A DNA stretch of 21,933 nt, taken from NCBI GenBank assembly GCA_046757165.1, contig JBHHXT010000068.1, forward strand, positions 1 to 21,933, written 5' to 3'. The notes beneath the pieces were generated by a model, which was given only the letters and a program-made list of their open reading frames with translations, did not search any database and was not told where the DNA came from. Made by a program: the position numbers and the translations under genes. Of this stretch, positions 6,387 through 15,135 are shown piece after piece. Every line of letters starts with the position of its first letter. Position 1 is the first letter of the stretch. The stretch comes from a bacterium. GTDB lineage: Bacteria > Zhuqueibacterota > Zhuqueibacteria > Oceanimicrobiales > Oceanimicrobiaceae.

Positions 6387-7010
6387 TCAGTTCACAGATT
6401 GCCGCATCAGGGCCACCACTTTCCCTTGCACCGACCACTCCTGCGTCGGGTAGATATCGTGATAGTCGGGATTCTCCGCTCTTAGAAAACGGGTTTCGCC
6501 GTCTACGACAAACCGTTTCACGGTGGTTTCATTGCCGATCAAGGCAACCACAATGTCGCCGTTGTTGGCGTAGTTGGTTGCCTGCACCACAACCAGGTCG
6601 TCCTCGAAAATCCCGGCGTTGATCATGCTGTCCCCTTGCACCTTGAGCGCGAAGTAGTCCCCTTTGGTCGGCAGGAGCTCTTTCGGCACGGTGAGATAGC
6701 GCTCGACATTTTCTTCCGCCAGCAGCGGTGAACCGGCCGGCACCGAACCCACCACCGGCACGGTGTTTACTCCCGGGCGGTCGAGAAACCCCATCGACTG
6801 CAGGATGCGAATGCCGCGTGCCGCGCCACCCTCGCGTTTGCCGATGTAGCCCTTCCTTTCCAGCGCATCAAGGTGCTTCAGAACCGCATTCTTGGAGGCA
6901 ACGCCGAGCTCATCTGCCAGCTCCTGCAACGTCGGCGGGAAACCGGCCTGGTTGACTTTTTCCGCAATCAGCCTTAACACGTTTTTCTGCTTTTCTGTCA
7001 ATGGCTTCAT
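6387..7010 (-). CDS. lexA: SOS repressor LexA
   Basis: N-terminal wHTH (LTEKQ..VL...GFPPT.QEL...LG..S.NAV..HL.ALERKGYI), cleavage site VPAG, catalytic Ser in GDSM and Lys in TVKR. Start at MKPLT (7010) behind a GAAGGGA RBS. Confidence 0.97.
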   Translation of the reverse strand: MKPLTEKQKNVLRLIAEKVNQAGFPPTLQELADELGVASKNAVLKHLDALERKGYIGKREGGAARGIRILQSMGFLDRPGVNTVPVVGSVPAGSPLLAEENVERYLTVPKELLPTKGDYFALKVQGDSMINAGIFEDDLVVVQATNYANNGDIVVALIGNETTVKRFVVDGETRFLRAENPDYHDIYPTQEWSVQGKVVALMRQSVN

Positions 7011-7053
7011 GGCGATTCCCTTCTGTTGGTTTTTAAGGAACATTAGATTAAAC

Positions 7054-7118
7054 GGTGAACGAATATTGATCCGTGACTAAATGTACACCATAATAGGAAA
7101 TATCGATCCCAAAGTCAA
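7054..7118 (-). promoter_or_regulatory. lexA sigma-70 promoter with candidate operator boxes
   Basis: TTGACT (7113-7118)-17 nt-TATTAT (7090-7095), followed immediately by the imperfect palindrome GGTGTAC-ATTT-AGTCACG (7072-7089) and a second GGTGAAC half-site (7054-7060). Confidence 0.6.
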
Positions 7119-7246
7119 GTGTTAAATAAAAAAATCTCAGCGCGGAAGCAATCCACCGCTTAGGCACAGGTGTGTTCCGCAATGGGGGTAAACAGATTAG
7201 GGCGGGGCGAAACCTCGAAAGAGAATTGCGCTGATAGTTTCTCGTC

Positions 7247-7891
7247 TTAAAGCAGCCGGATCCCGAACCCGACATTGGGCCGGAAATGAAACCTGTTGGC
7301 ATAGCCCAGATTGATCATCGAGGAGCCGACATGAAACTCGAGCTTTTCGATCAGGCTGAAGTGAGAATCCAATCCCACCCAGGTTTCCCGGTTATTGGTA
7401 TGAATAAGATAGACGCCAAAGGAAGCGTTGAGGGGCGTGAGATCTGCACTTCGAAAGAACCGAATGCCGGCGCCGTAATCATCGGGACTGATGATAACCT
7501 GCTTCAGCGTCAATGTGAAGCGTGTATATTCATTCAAAATCAGGAAGGTCATGATCCCGAGCTCGTTGAAGAGAACATCTTTCATCCCCCACCCCTCGCG
7601 ATAACCGTCTTCTAACTCTTTGAGTAACCCCACTCCGGTGGCTAGCAGACTGGCCATGACCTTTGGCTTTCTTATATGCGTATGTTGGAGCAGCCTGTAA
7701 AACCCAACAGCGAGGATCCCACTGCCCGTAAAGTGCTGAGCATTGGTAAAATCGAACTCATCATGTTGCTTGAATTTGAATCCGCCCCGCCGCGGCTGTT
7801 TGAACAGGAAATTCTGAGCGGGTGCATTGGAGATGAGCATTGCCAGGAAGAACAAGACAAATATCAAACGTGAGAGAAGAATTTTCGCCAT
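7247..7891 (-). CDS. Exported/membrane protein with YfiM/DUF2279-like N-terminal region and beta-strand C-terminus
   Basis: Signal peptide (APA-Q); QHF.GSG...G..KE.EDG...GWG.KD..FN.LG motif; C-terminal alternating strands ending NVGFGIRLL. Confidence 0.6.
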   Translation of the reverse strand: MAKILLSRLIFVLFFLAMLISNAPAQNFLFKQPRRGGFKFKQHDEFDFTNAQHFTGSGILAVGFYRLLQHTHIRKPKVMASLLATGVGLLKELEDGYREGWGMKDVLFNELGIMTFLILNEYTRFTLTLKQVIISPDDYGAGIRFFRSADLTPLNASFGVYLIHTNNRETWVGLDSHFSLIEKLEFHVGSSMINLGYANRFHFRPNVGFGIRLL

Positions 7892-8111
7892 AAAACTCTG
7901 ATTACCTCGAGAAACTGCAAGAGACAGTAAGAACACGTCAGTTTTGTTATTACATTTTAGCAACAAAGGAGGCGGTTTGAAGAAATTGTTACAAAAGGAA
8001 AAAGCAAAATAAGGATTGCAAATGTTCGTTGAGATAGGTAAATTTTCTCCCAGATTGTGGGCTTGATTCGGGAATTGGAGTCTTTAGTATGTAGGAAGGA
8101 AAGGGAGGAAC

Positions 8112-8501
8112 ATGGCGAAAAAAGTTATCTCGACCGCAAATGCGCCGCAAGCAATTGGGCCTTATTCTCAGGCTGTTCAGGCGGGACCGCTGCTCTTTGT
8201 CTCCGGCCAGATTGGGCTGGATGCCCAAAGTGGCGAACTGGTCAGCGGGGATGTGAAAACGCAGTCGAAGCAGGTGATGGAAAATCTCAGGCGTGTGATT
8301 GAAGCAGCAGGGGCTTCGTTGGACGAGGTGGTCAAATGTACGATTTATTTGAAGAATATGGCAGATTTTGCGGTGGTAAATGAGGTTTATGGCAGCTACT
8401 TTGCAGAACACCCACCCGCGCGTGCCACCGTAGAAGTGGCAAGGCTGCCGAAAGAGGTGCTGGTTGAAATCGATGCTATCGCTTATGTGCAGGCGGACTA
8501 A
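8112..8501 (+). CDS. ridA: RidA/YjgF family reactive-intermediate deaminase
   Basis: [25 protein letters not shown]...[14 protein letters not shown]...VEIDAIA; GGAGG RBS. Confidence 0.95.
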   Translation: MAKKVISTANAPQAIGPYSQAVQAGPLLFVSGQIGLDAQSGELVSGDVKTQSKQVMENLRRVIEAAGASLDEVVKCTIYLKNMADFAVVNEVYGSYFAEHPPARATVEVARLPKEVLVEIDAIAYVQAD

Positions 8502-8528
8502 ATCCCTGTTGTTTTTGGTTTAAAAAGA

Positions 8529-8557
8529 TTGAGATCGGGTCAACAATTTACTATATT
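8529..8557 (+). promoter_or_regulatory. Putative sigma-70 promoter for the mla operon
   Basis: TTGAGA-17 nt-TATATT, about 50 nt upstream of mlaE. Confidence 0.5.
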
Positions 8558-8608
8558 AATTCTTTTGGTATTGAAACTTAATGGCATTGGGACAGTACCC
8601 TGTTTGGT

Positions 8609-9388
8609 ATGACATTTGTAATTAGAATTCTTGGAAAACGCGTCTATCACTTCTTTTATCACCTGGGGTGTTTTGGCGACCTCTTGTGGCAAACCTTCAA
8701 GTCGCTGAGCGATGTCCGAACGTATGGCACCCTGATAGGCGAGCAGATGATGCGGATTGGGATTCAGTCGCTCCCCATCGTCATTTACATTGCGGCGTTT
8801 GCTGGCATGGTGACCGCAATCCAGAGCTCCGAAAACTTCGATCAATTTGTCCCTCCGTACCTGATTGGCTTCGTTGTCGAAAAGAGTGTTTTGCGGGAAT
8901 TGTCCGCTGTCCTGACGGCGCTGGTCTTGGCCGGTCGGGTCGGGGCCTCCATCGCCGCTGAAATCGGCACCATGCGCGTGACCGAGCAGATCGATGCGCT
9001 CGAGACGCTGGCGTTCAACCCGGTCTCTTACCTGGTTGTGCCGCGTGTCATCGCTGGTACGGTCATGTTCCCGGTGCTCACCGTGTTTGCCGGTGTAATT
9101 GGAGTCGTGGCAGGCTGGCTCACCTCCATTCTTGTGATGGACATTTCCAGCGTCGAGTTTTTGAAGGGCGCCCGCGCCTTCTGCGACAACAAAGACTTTA
9201 TTTTGCCGATGGCCAAGTCTCTCTTGTTCGGAGCGGCAATTACTTTGATCGCATGCTATCAGGGCTTCAACTCAAAGGGAGGGGCTGAAGGCGTAGGGTC
9301 CGCTGCGACTAACGCTGCGGTGACCTCATGCTTGATGGTGCTTTTCTTGGACTTTCTCATTGCAGCCTTGATTCTATTCAAGTACTAA
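8609..9388 (+). CDS. mlaE: MlaE-family lipid ABC transporter permease
   Basis: REL..VLTALVLAGRVGASIAAEIGTMRVTEQIDALE, YLVVPRV, GAEGVG.A.T.AAV. Confidence 0.95.
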   Translation: MTFVIRILGKRVYHFFYHLGCFGDLLWQTFKSLSDVRTYGTLIGEQMMRIGIQSLPIVIYIAAFAGMVTAIQSSENFDQFVPPYLIGFVVEKSVLRELSAVLTALVLAGRVGASIAAEIGTMRVTEQIDALETLAFNPVSYLVVPRVIAGTVMFPVLTVFAGVIGVVAGWLTSILVMDISSVEFLKGARAFCDNKDFILPMAKSLLFGAAITLIACYQGFNSKGGAEGVGSAATNAAVTSCLMVLFLDFLIAALILFKY

Positions 9389-9389
9389 T

Positions 9390-10157
9390 ATGATTGAAAT
9401 CAAGAATTTATTCAAGAGTTTTGAAGATAACGAGGTCCTGCAGGGCGTCAATTTGAAGATCGGCAAAGGACACACGACAGCGATCATCGGCAGCAGCGGC
9501 TCGGGGAAGAGTGTCATGCTCAAGCACATCATGGGCTTGATGAAACCAGATTCCGGCTGTGTATTTCTGGAAGGGCTGTGTGTTACGGAGTTGACCTATA
9601 ACGAACTGAAGAGTGTACGCAAGAAAATGGCCATGGTTTTTCAGGGCGCTGCGCTGTTTGATTCCATGACCGTCGCTGACAATGTTGGGATTGGTCTCTA
9701 CAACCATACCAATTTTTCTCAAAATGAGATTGACGACAGAGTCGTGCATTGTCTCGCGCTTGTCGGATTGCACGGCATCGAAAAGCTCTCGCCAGCAGAA
9801 TTGAGTGGCGGCATGAAGAAGCGCGTCGCCATCGCCCGCGCGATTGCGATGGAACCCCAAATCCTGCTCTACGACGAGCCCACGACCGGTCTGGACCCGA
9901 TAAGGGCGAATTCGATCAATGATTTGATCGTCAGTCTACAAAACCAATTAGATGTTACGTCAATCGTTGTCACACACGACATGAATAGTGTGGATAGAGT
10001 GGCTGACTATATTGCTTTTTTGTACAAAGGCAGAATTCACTTCGAAGGCACCGTCGAAGAACTGCAGAATTCGGACGACGTAATATTGAGGAACTTTGTT
10101 GAGGGAATCGATGAAGTCGAAGGAGTCGAAGAAGTGGAGGATAGATATGCAGCCTAA
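9390..10157 (+). CDS. mlaF: MlaF-family ABC ATPase
   Basis: GSSGSGKS, FQGAALFDSMTV.DNV, LSGGMKKRVAIARA, YDEPTTGLDP, VTHD; lies between mlaE and an MCE gene. Confidence 0.95.
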   Translation: MIEIKNLFKSFEDNEVLQGVNLKIGKGHTTAIIGSSGSGKSVMLKHIMGLMKPDSGCVFLEGLCVTELTYNELKSVRKKMAMVFQGAALFDSMTVADNVGIGLYNHTNFSQNEIDDRVVHCLALVGLHGIEKLSPAELSGGMKKRVAIARAIAMEPQILLYDEPTTGLDPIRANSINDLIVSLQNQLDVTSIVVTHDMNSVDRVADYIAFLYKGRIHFEGTVEELQNSDDVILRNFVEGIDEVEGVEEVEDRYAA

Positions 10158-10174
10158 GAGAGGAGCATTACGCA

Positions 10175-11077
10175 ATGAGGAAGATCGGTGCTGAAATCGC
10201 AGCCGGTGTGGCGATTTTCTTAGCCTTTATCTTTTTTGTCGCAGGATATTTGATCCTGAAGAATATCGCCTTCGGGGGCGGATATTACCAGGTCGTTGTC
10301 CGGTTTGGCGACGTCACGGGGCTGGAAAAGAGTGATCGGGTGAGCGTTTCCGGCTTGAACATAGGGAAAGTGAAGAGCTTCAGATTGGACGGCCTGGATG
10401 TGCTTGCAACCCTGGAGCTGGACCCGGAGATATTCTTGCCAAACGACTCGCACGCCCAGGTCAAGTCACTGGGTATGGTGGGGGAAAGATTTGTCGACAT
10501 TGTCCCGGGCGTCGCTGCTCAGAGACTACAGGACGGCGATACTATCGCGGGCAAACCTGCGAGCGATATGTCCGAAATCGCGGGTTCGCTGGAAGGCCTG
10601 ATGGACCAGGCAGAGGAGCTGCTGATCAAGATCCGGGCGGCATTCGAAAATGTGTTCGACAACGCCACGCAGCAGAGGTTCAAGGAAAGCTTGCATCACA
10701 TTCGCAATTTGTCCATGGCTCTGGATGAAAATACGGCACATATGTCGAAAACGCTCTCCAATCTCGATGAGCTTTCCACAAATCTGAACGAGATATTGGC
10801 GGCACGGCGTGGCAAGGTTGAAACTTCCATCGACAATATGCATGCGGCTTCTGGCCAGTTGGAAGGATTAGCCCATAAGATAGATCAGTCGCTCACCACC
10901 ATGCAGACATTGCTGGCGAAAATCGAAAATGAAGAAGGAGCCGTCGGCAAAGTGATCGCCAGCGATGACATTTATGAAGAGTTTCGTGTTTTGACCGCAG
11001 AGCTGAACGATCTGGTTAAAGACCTGAAGAAGCGACCGCAGAAATATATCAATCTCGGTTTCATAAAGGTCTTTTAG
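10175..11077 (+). CDS. mlaD: MlaD/MCE-domain protein with helical extension
   Basis: N-terminal TM; F.DV.GL.....V.VSG..IGKV; GMVGE.FVDI.PG; long amphipathic helical region; EG..GK...D; DLKKRPQKY. Confidence 0.92.
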   Translation: MRKIGAEIAAGVAIFLAFIFFVAGYLILKNIAFGGGYYQVVVRFGDVTGLEKSDRVSVSGLNIGKVKSFRLDGLDVLATLELDPEIFLPNDSHAQVKSLGMVGERFVDIVPGVAAQRLQDGDTIAGKPASDMSEIAGSLEGLMDQAEELLIKIRAAFENVFDNATQQRFKESLHHIRNLSMALDENTAHMSKTLSNLDELSTNLNEILAARRGKVETSIDNMHAASGQLEGLAHKIDQSLTTMQTLLAKIENEEGAVGKVIASDDIYEEFRVLTAELNDLVKDLKKRPQKYINLGFIKVF

Positions 11078-11105
11078 ACTGGTCTGCTCTGGCGTGAAAA
11101 AACGA

Positions 11106-11146
11106 TTGTTTCAATGCAATAATTTTTGTATATTAGATGTTATATT
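11106..11146 (+). promoter_or_regulatory. Putative sigma-70 promoter(s) for the intergenic RNA
   Basis: TTGTTT-17-TATATT (11106-11134) and an extended -10 TGTTATATT (11138-11146). Confidence 0.5.
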
Positions 11147-11150
11147 TGAA

Positions 11151-11311
11151 ATAATGGGGACAGTCTTAATATACTTGTAGCGATGCCTAAGACAGAATCG
11201 AAGTGGGAACCTGGTCAGAGTTAGGAGAAACCTCACAGAGGAATCGGAGACGGATTCGAATACGATTGCGATTGTGACCTCAGTTAGGGCTGTCCCATTA
11301 TCTTTTTCTTT
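11151..11311 (+). ncRNA. Candidate ~150-160 nt structured small RNA (family not recognised)
   Basis: Ends pair over ~18 bp (ATAATGGGGACAGTCTTAA / TTAGGGCTGTCCCATTAT, with G-U pairs); promoter directly upstream, U-tract directly downstream; no long ORF. Confidence 0.55.
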
Positions 11312-11456
11312 CCGAGTGTAGCATACTGATAGAACGAACTACCCGCTGCCGCGTTATTCTTGACCGGCTTCTTATTCTTCCTCTGACGCGCAACTTACCG
11401 GTGTGCGCAACCTGTCTCTTGATCCGAGCGTATGTTGAACGCAACACTCAAAGGAT

Positions 11457-12380
11457 ATGAAAACGCGCGCCTTAGAAACCCAAAATCTCACAAAAGAATT
11501 TAGTCGTGGCAAAATCAGGGCTTTGCATGACGTTTCCCTATCGGTTGACACCGGGCTTATTTTCGGCTTGTTAGGTCCCAACGGCGCGGGCAAAACGACT
11601 CTGATCAAGATTCTGCTTGGAGTTCTCCATCCAACGTCCGGCACAGCCTCGCTGCTGGAACAGCCGCTGAACACAATTGCAGTCAAGGAGAAAATCGGCT
11701 ATTTACCTGAGAGTCACCGCTACCCTGAATTCCTCAGGGGCGGGGAAGTGCTCGATTATTATGCGAAGCTAGCGGGTGTGGAAAAAAGGCGGCGCGAGAA
11801 GAACAAACAGCACCTTCTGAGGTTGGTCAACATGGAAAAGTGGCAGCATACCAAAGTGGGGAAGTACTCCAAAGGGATGCAGCAGCGCCTGGGCCTGGCG
11901 CAGGCGATGATGAACGACCCGGAGGTCCTTTTCCTGGATGAACCGACAGACGGAGTCGACCCACTCGGCCGGAAAAAGATTCGGGACATTCTGCAACGGC
12001 TACAAGAGGAAGGCAAGACCATTTTCCTCAATTCTCATTTGCTGTCGGAGGTTGAAATGATCTGCGACCAGGTGGCCATCCTGGACAGCGGTAGATTGAT
12101 TCGCACCGGTACCGTTGAGGAGTTGACCTCACCCTCACAAACGCTCCGCTTTTTGACTTCCACGGTGACAAAAACGATTCTCGAGGAGATCAAGACCTTT
12201 GCGTTGAGCGTTGAGCGGAAAGACAGCTATATCCAGGTCACCTGCGCCAACCAGAAAAAACTGAATCGTGTTATCGACTATCTCAGGGCGAACAATATTG
12301 ACATCAAAGCTATCATCCCAGACAAGCTGAGCCTGGAGGAAAGCTTCATCGAGATTTTGAAGCAGGATGTTGCCAGCTAG
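11457..12380 (+). CDS. ABC-2 type exporter ATP-binding protein
   Basis: GPNGAGKTT, YSKGMQQRLGLAQA, FLDEPTDGVDP, NSHLLSEVE, C-terminal SLEESF. Confidence 0.95.
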   Translation: MKTRALETQNLTKEFSRGKIRALHDVSLSVDTGLIFGLLGPNGAGKTTLIKILLGVLHPTSGTASLLEQPLNTIAVKEKIGYLPESHRYPEFLRGGEVLDYYAKLAGVEKRRREKNKQHLLRLVNMEKWQHTKVGKYSKGMQQRLGLAQAMMNDPEVLFLDEPTDGVDPLGRKKIRDILQRLQEEGKTIFLNSHLLSEVEMICDQVAILDSGRLIRTGTVEELTSPSQTLRFLTSTVTKTILEEIKTFALSVERKDSYIQVTCANQKKLNRVIDYLRANNIDIKAIIPDKLSLEESFIEILKQDVAS

Positions 12381-13220
12381 ATGAGAACCCTGACGAAAAT
12401 ATCGGCGCTGATCCTGTTCACATTTCGAGAGTCGTTTGCGAAAAAGACGTTCGTAACGTTTTTTGCCCTCTCTACGCTCTTACACCTGTTTTTTCTTCTG
12501 GCGCTGAATGTCGATATCGTCGATGCCGGGCTGGGGATGGTTACGGTTCTGGGTCTGGACGTCAATCACGCTCAGACCATCGATGTCAAGAAAATGATTA
12601 TTGGCATTCAATCGGTTCTTGCCACGGTCGTCTTTGCCGGCAGCATCTTTCTCTCCATCTTTTCAACAGCCAGCCTCGTGCCGACCATGCTCGAACGGGG
12701 ACGTATAGATTTACTGGTCTCTAAACCGCTTTCGCGCGCCCATATTCTTGTCGGGAAATACCTCGGTGGGCTGTCGATCATCATGTTTAACGTGGCTTAC
12801 TTGATCGGCGGCACCTGGCTGATCCTGTCCGCCAAGACAGACTTCTGGCATTTCCCATATCTGTATTCCATCCCCATGGTCATCGTGGCATTTGCCATCG
12901 TGTTTGCCCTCATGATTCTGGTGGGCGTGACCACGAGAAGCACGGGGGTTTCCGTTATGATTGCTTACTCATCCGTTTTTTTCAGCCTTTTCTGGGAAAA
13001 GAAAGACACCGTTTACGCCGTGGTGTCGAGCAAGGTCTACTACTATATGCTGGAAACCATCTACCATGCTCTGCCCAAAACTTCTGAATTGGGCCAGCTC
13101 AATCAGGCCCTGGTCATGAACAAACCCATCGACACCTGGGCTCCGCTGTGGACCTCCTCAATCGCCGGCGTCATCCTGCTTCTGACGGCGATTTTCGTTT
13201 TTCACAAAAAGGATTTCTAA
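12381..13220 (+). CDS. ABC-2 type permease subunit
   Basis: About six TM segments; ERG.IDLLVSKPLSR...GKYLG; C-terminal F.KKDF; starts immediately after the ATPase stop codon. Confidence 0.9.
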   Translation: MRTLTKISALILFTFRESFAKKTFVTFFALSTLLHLFFLLALNVDIVDAGLGMVTVLGLDVNHAQTIDVKKMIIGIQSVLATVVFAGSIFLSIFSTASLVPTMLERGRIDLLVSKPLSRAHILVGKYLGGLSIIMFNVAYLIGGTWLILSAKTDFWHFPYLYSIPMVIVAFAIVFALMILVGVTTRSTGVSVMIAYSSVFFSLFWEKKDTVYAVVSSKVYYYMLETIYHALPKTSELGQLNQALVMNKPIDTWAPLWTSSIAGVILLLTAIFVFHKKDF

Positions 13221-13237
13221 ATCATCAGGAGGCTATT

Positions 13238-14251
13238 ATGCTGAAGAGAATAACGCAGACGATCTTACTCGGTCTTGTTTTCCAAACCACTGCTTGCTCG
13301 ACCGAAAACGCGCCGGAGGAGGCACCGGCCCCGAAAACACGCGGAACCGAATATCTGGCGCTCATGCCGGAAAATACCCATGTTTTGTTCTATGCCAATC
13401 TCGAGGAGATGAAGAAAACGCCGTTAGGTGAAGACTTCAGAGTGGAGTTTGAAGAGAAGATGAAGGAGGAAGAGGAGGAGGATTACTTCGAGTTTGTCGA
13501 GAAAACCGGCGTGGACCTGAAGAAGGATGTGTATGAACTCTGGATCGGCGGCATCGCGCAAGGCGGACAGGAGGTCAACAGTGGCGCCATCATCAACGGT
13601 AGGTTCGACGAGAAAAGAATCGTCGATTACCTTCGCACAAAGGAGCCTCATAAGATTGACGAAACCCATTATCGGGACCACACGATCTACATCCTGGAGG
13701 AAAAGGACAAGCAGATGACTTTCCTGACCTCCGGTATGATTGTCATCGGAAATCGACAGTGGATTGCAGCGATCATCGATCAAGCCGAGGACGGGGGCAA
13801 AAATGTGCTCGATAATCCTGCGATGCAAGACTATATCCAGCAAGTGCCGCACAAGGAGCATTTTTGGGGAGTGATGAATCTGAGCGAAATGTCGGACGCC
13901 TGGGCCAGAGAGCTCAGAAGAAAGTCCGCTTTCACAGGCACAAAGTCGATCGAAAACATGAAATCTCTCGTCTTTTGCACACACTTCGACCGGAAGACCG
14001 ATGTGTTTCTCAAAGGGAACTTCACCGCTCACGAAGAAGCGAAAGCTGTCGCCGAAATGGTCAACGGCTTCAAAGCCCTGGCCAAGCTCATGGTCGCAGA
14101 TGACCGCGAGGCCGTTGACATGATCAGTGATATCACCATCAAATCCGAAGGCGCGATTGTCGAGATCACTTCTACGCTCGACGAGTCCTTTTGGAACAAA
14201 TTCAAGGAGAAGCGAAAGAGACTTTCGGGTGCGCCCGTGAAGCTGCTGTAA
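13238..14251 (+). CDS. Hypothetical lipoprotein
   Basis: CAGGAGG RBS before ATG 13238; signal peptide MLKRITQTILLGLVFQTTA-C with lipobox; co-oriented with the ABC genes. Confidence 0.75.
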   Translation: MLKRITQTILLGLVFQTTACSTENAPEEAPAPKTRGTEYLALMPENTHVLFYANLEEMKKTPLGEDFRVEFEEKMKEEEEEDYFEFVEKTGVDLKKDVYELWIGGIAQGGQEVNSGAIINGRFDEKRIVDYLRTKEPHKIDETHYRDHTIYILEEKDKQMTFLTSGMIVIGNRQWIAAIIDQAEDGGKNVLDNPAMQDYIQQVPHKEHFWGVMNLSEMSDAWARELRRKSAFTGTKSIENMKSLVFCTHFDRKTDVFLKGNFTAHEEAKAVAEMVNGFKALAKLMVADDREAVDMISDITIKSEGAIVEITSTLDESFWNKFKEKRKRLSGAPVKLL

Positions 14252-14391
14252 GGCGTTGACTCTGCGAGGCGTTGTCTGCGGAAGCCATCTCCTGCCGTGC
14301 CTCTTGCTGGGGTGAGGGGAAGACACGCTAAAGCGTCAACACCCCAATTCTGACACTCTCATTCTGAACCCGGGATTTGTCGAGCGAATTC

Positions 14392-15105
14392 CTAGTTGAA
14401 CAGATGGAGTTGCGTTTCCTGATCGTGGTGCGGCCACACCCGTCTCCTGGCCATTTTTTCCGGTGGGTAGGGTGTTATCAACTGCGATAAGAGCTCGGCA
14501 TCGTCGACCGTTCGGTCCAACCATATTTCGATCTGGTCTTTAGCCAGAATGAAAGGCATGCGGTCATGGACTTCTGCGATCATCGCATTGGGCTTCTGAG
14601 TGATGATGCTGCAACTGTAGCGAGTTTCCTGAGTCTCCGTTCCCCAGACATCATAGATGCCGCCCAGGGCCATGATCGGCTGGTCCAGCAATCTGAACTC
14701 GTGAGTTTCCTTTTTCCGCACGGTTTTGCCGGCGACCTTGCAGGAGTGGTAGACCGCTTTGCCGTCGCGTTTTCGGGTCTCCAGAAAGGAATTGACCGGG
14801 ACAATGCAGCGATGAGTGCGCAGCAGGGTCTTTTGCAGAGAGGTGTCAAACTTCTCCTGGCGCGTGTTGAACCAGGTTCGCCCTGACTCAAAGCGCGTTG
14901 AGCTTCTCGGAATCAAATTCCAGAACATGCTCCGGCAAACAAGATGGCCATCTCTATCCGCATGAATGGTGCTGATGTCTCGAAAAGGGAGAATGTCATC
15001 TTCAAGAATGGCCGGATCCACAAACTGGGGGAAAGGTATCCCGAACAGTTGTTCAAAAAGATCTTCGGCATCCGGGAAAAAGGTGAGTCGAAATCGGCCG
15101 CACAT
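14392..15105 (-). CDS. SRAP/HMCES (YedK-like) abasic-site processing protein
   Basis: N-terminal MCGRF (catalytic Cys2), FN.R.E, RCIVP...F.E, IIT..PN....VHDRMP.IL; GAGG RBS. Confidence 0.92.
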   Translation of the reverse strand: MCGRFRLTFFPDAEDLFEQLFGIPFPQFVDPAILEDDILPFRDISTIHADRDGHLVCRSMFWNLIPRSSTRFESGRTWFNTRQEKFDTSLQKTLLRTHRCIVPVNSFLETRKRDGKAVYHSCKVAGKTVRKKETHEFRLLDQPIMALGGIYDVWGTETQETRYSCSIITQKPNAMIAEVHDRMPFILAKDQIEIWLDRTVDDAELLSQLITPYPPEKMARRRVWPHHDQETQLHLFN

Positions 15106-15135
15106 GGTCCACCTCGTGTTCGTCGATGTGTTGTT

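Noticed and set aside
7137..7234. c-di-GMP-I riboswitch-like stretch (GGCGAAACCTCGAAAGAG) inside a TCAGCGC/GCGCTGA stem
   Set aside because: Lacks the GACGCAAAG and second-stem consensus, and on the + strand it points into the 3' end of a minus-strand gene, so it has no target.
8609..11077. mlaEFD lacking mlaA/B/C as a novel system
   Set aside because: Three-gene MlaE-MlaF-MCE operons are common outside Proteobacteria.
11183..11287. Amber read-through (pyrrolysine or recoded) peptide MPKTESKWEPGQS*EKPH...DCDCDLS*
   Set aside because: No RBS before the ATG; TAG is an ordinary stop in other genes here (mlaD, ABC ATPase); the RNA structure explains the region better.
11151..11301. Retron msr-msd
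   Set aside because: Terminal inverted repeats fit superficially, but no reverse transcriptase is adjacent or anywhere in the window.
13424..14326. 300-aa antisense ORF (also 14944-15741, 17423-18052, 17988-18704, 19739-20563, 20834-21499)
   Set aside because: Shadow ORFs opposite well-supported genes, with no motifs or RBS; expected from codon bias.
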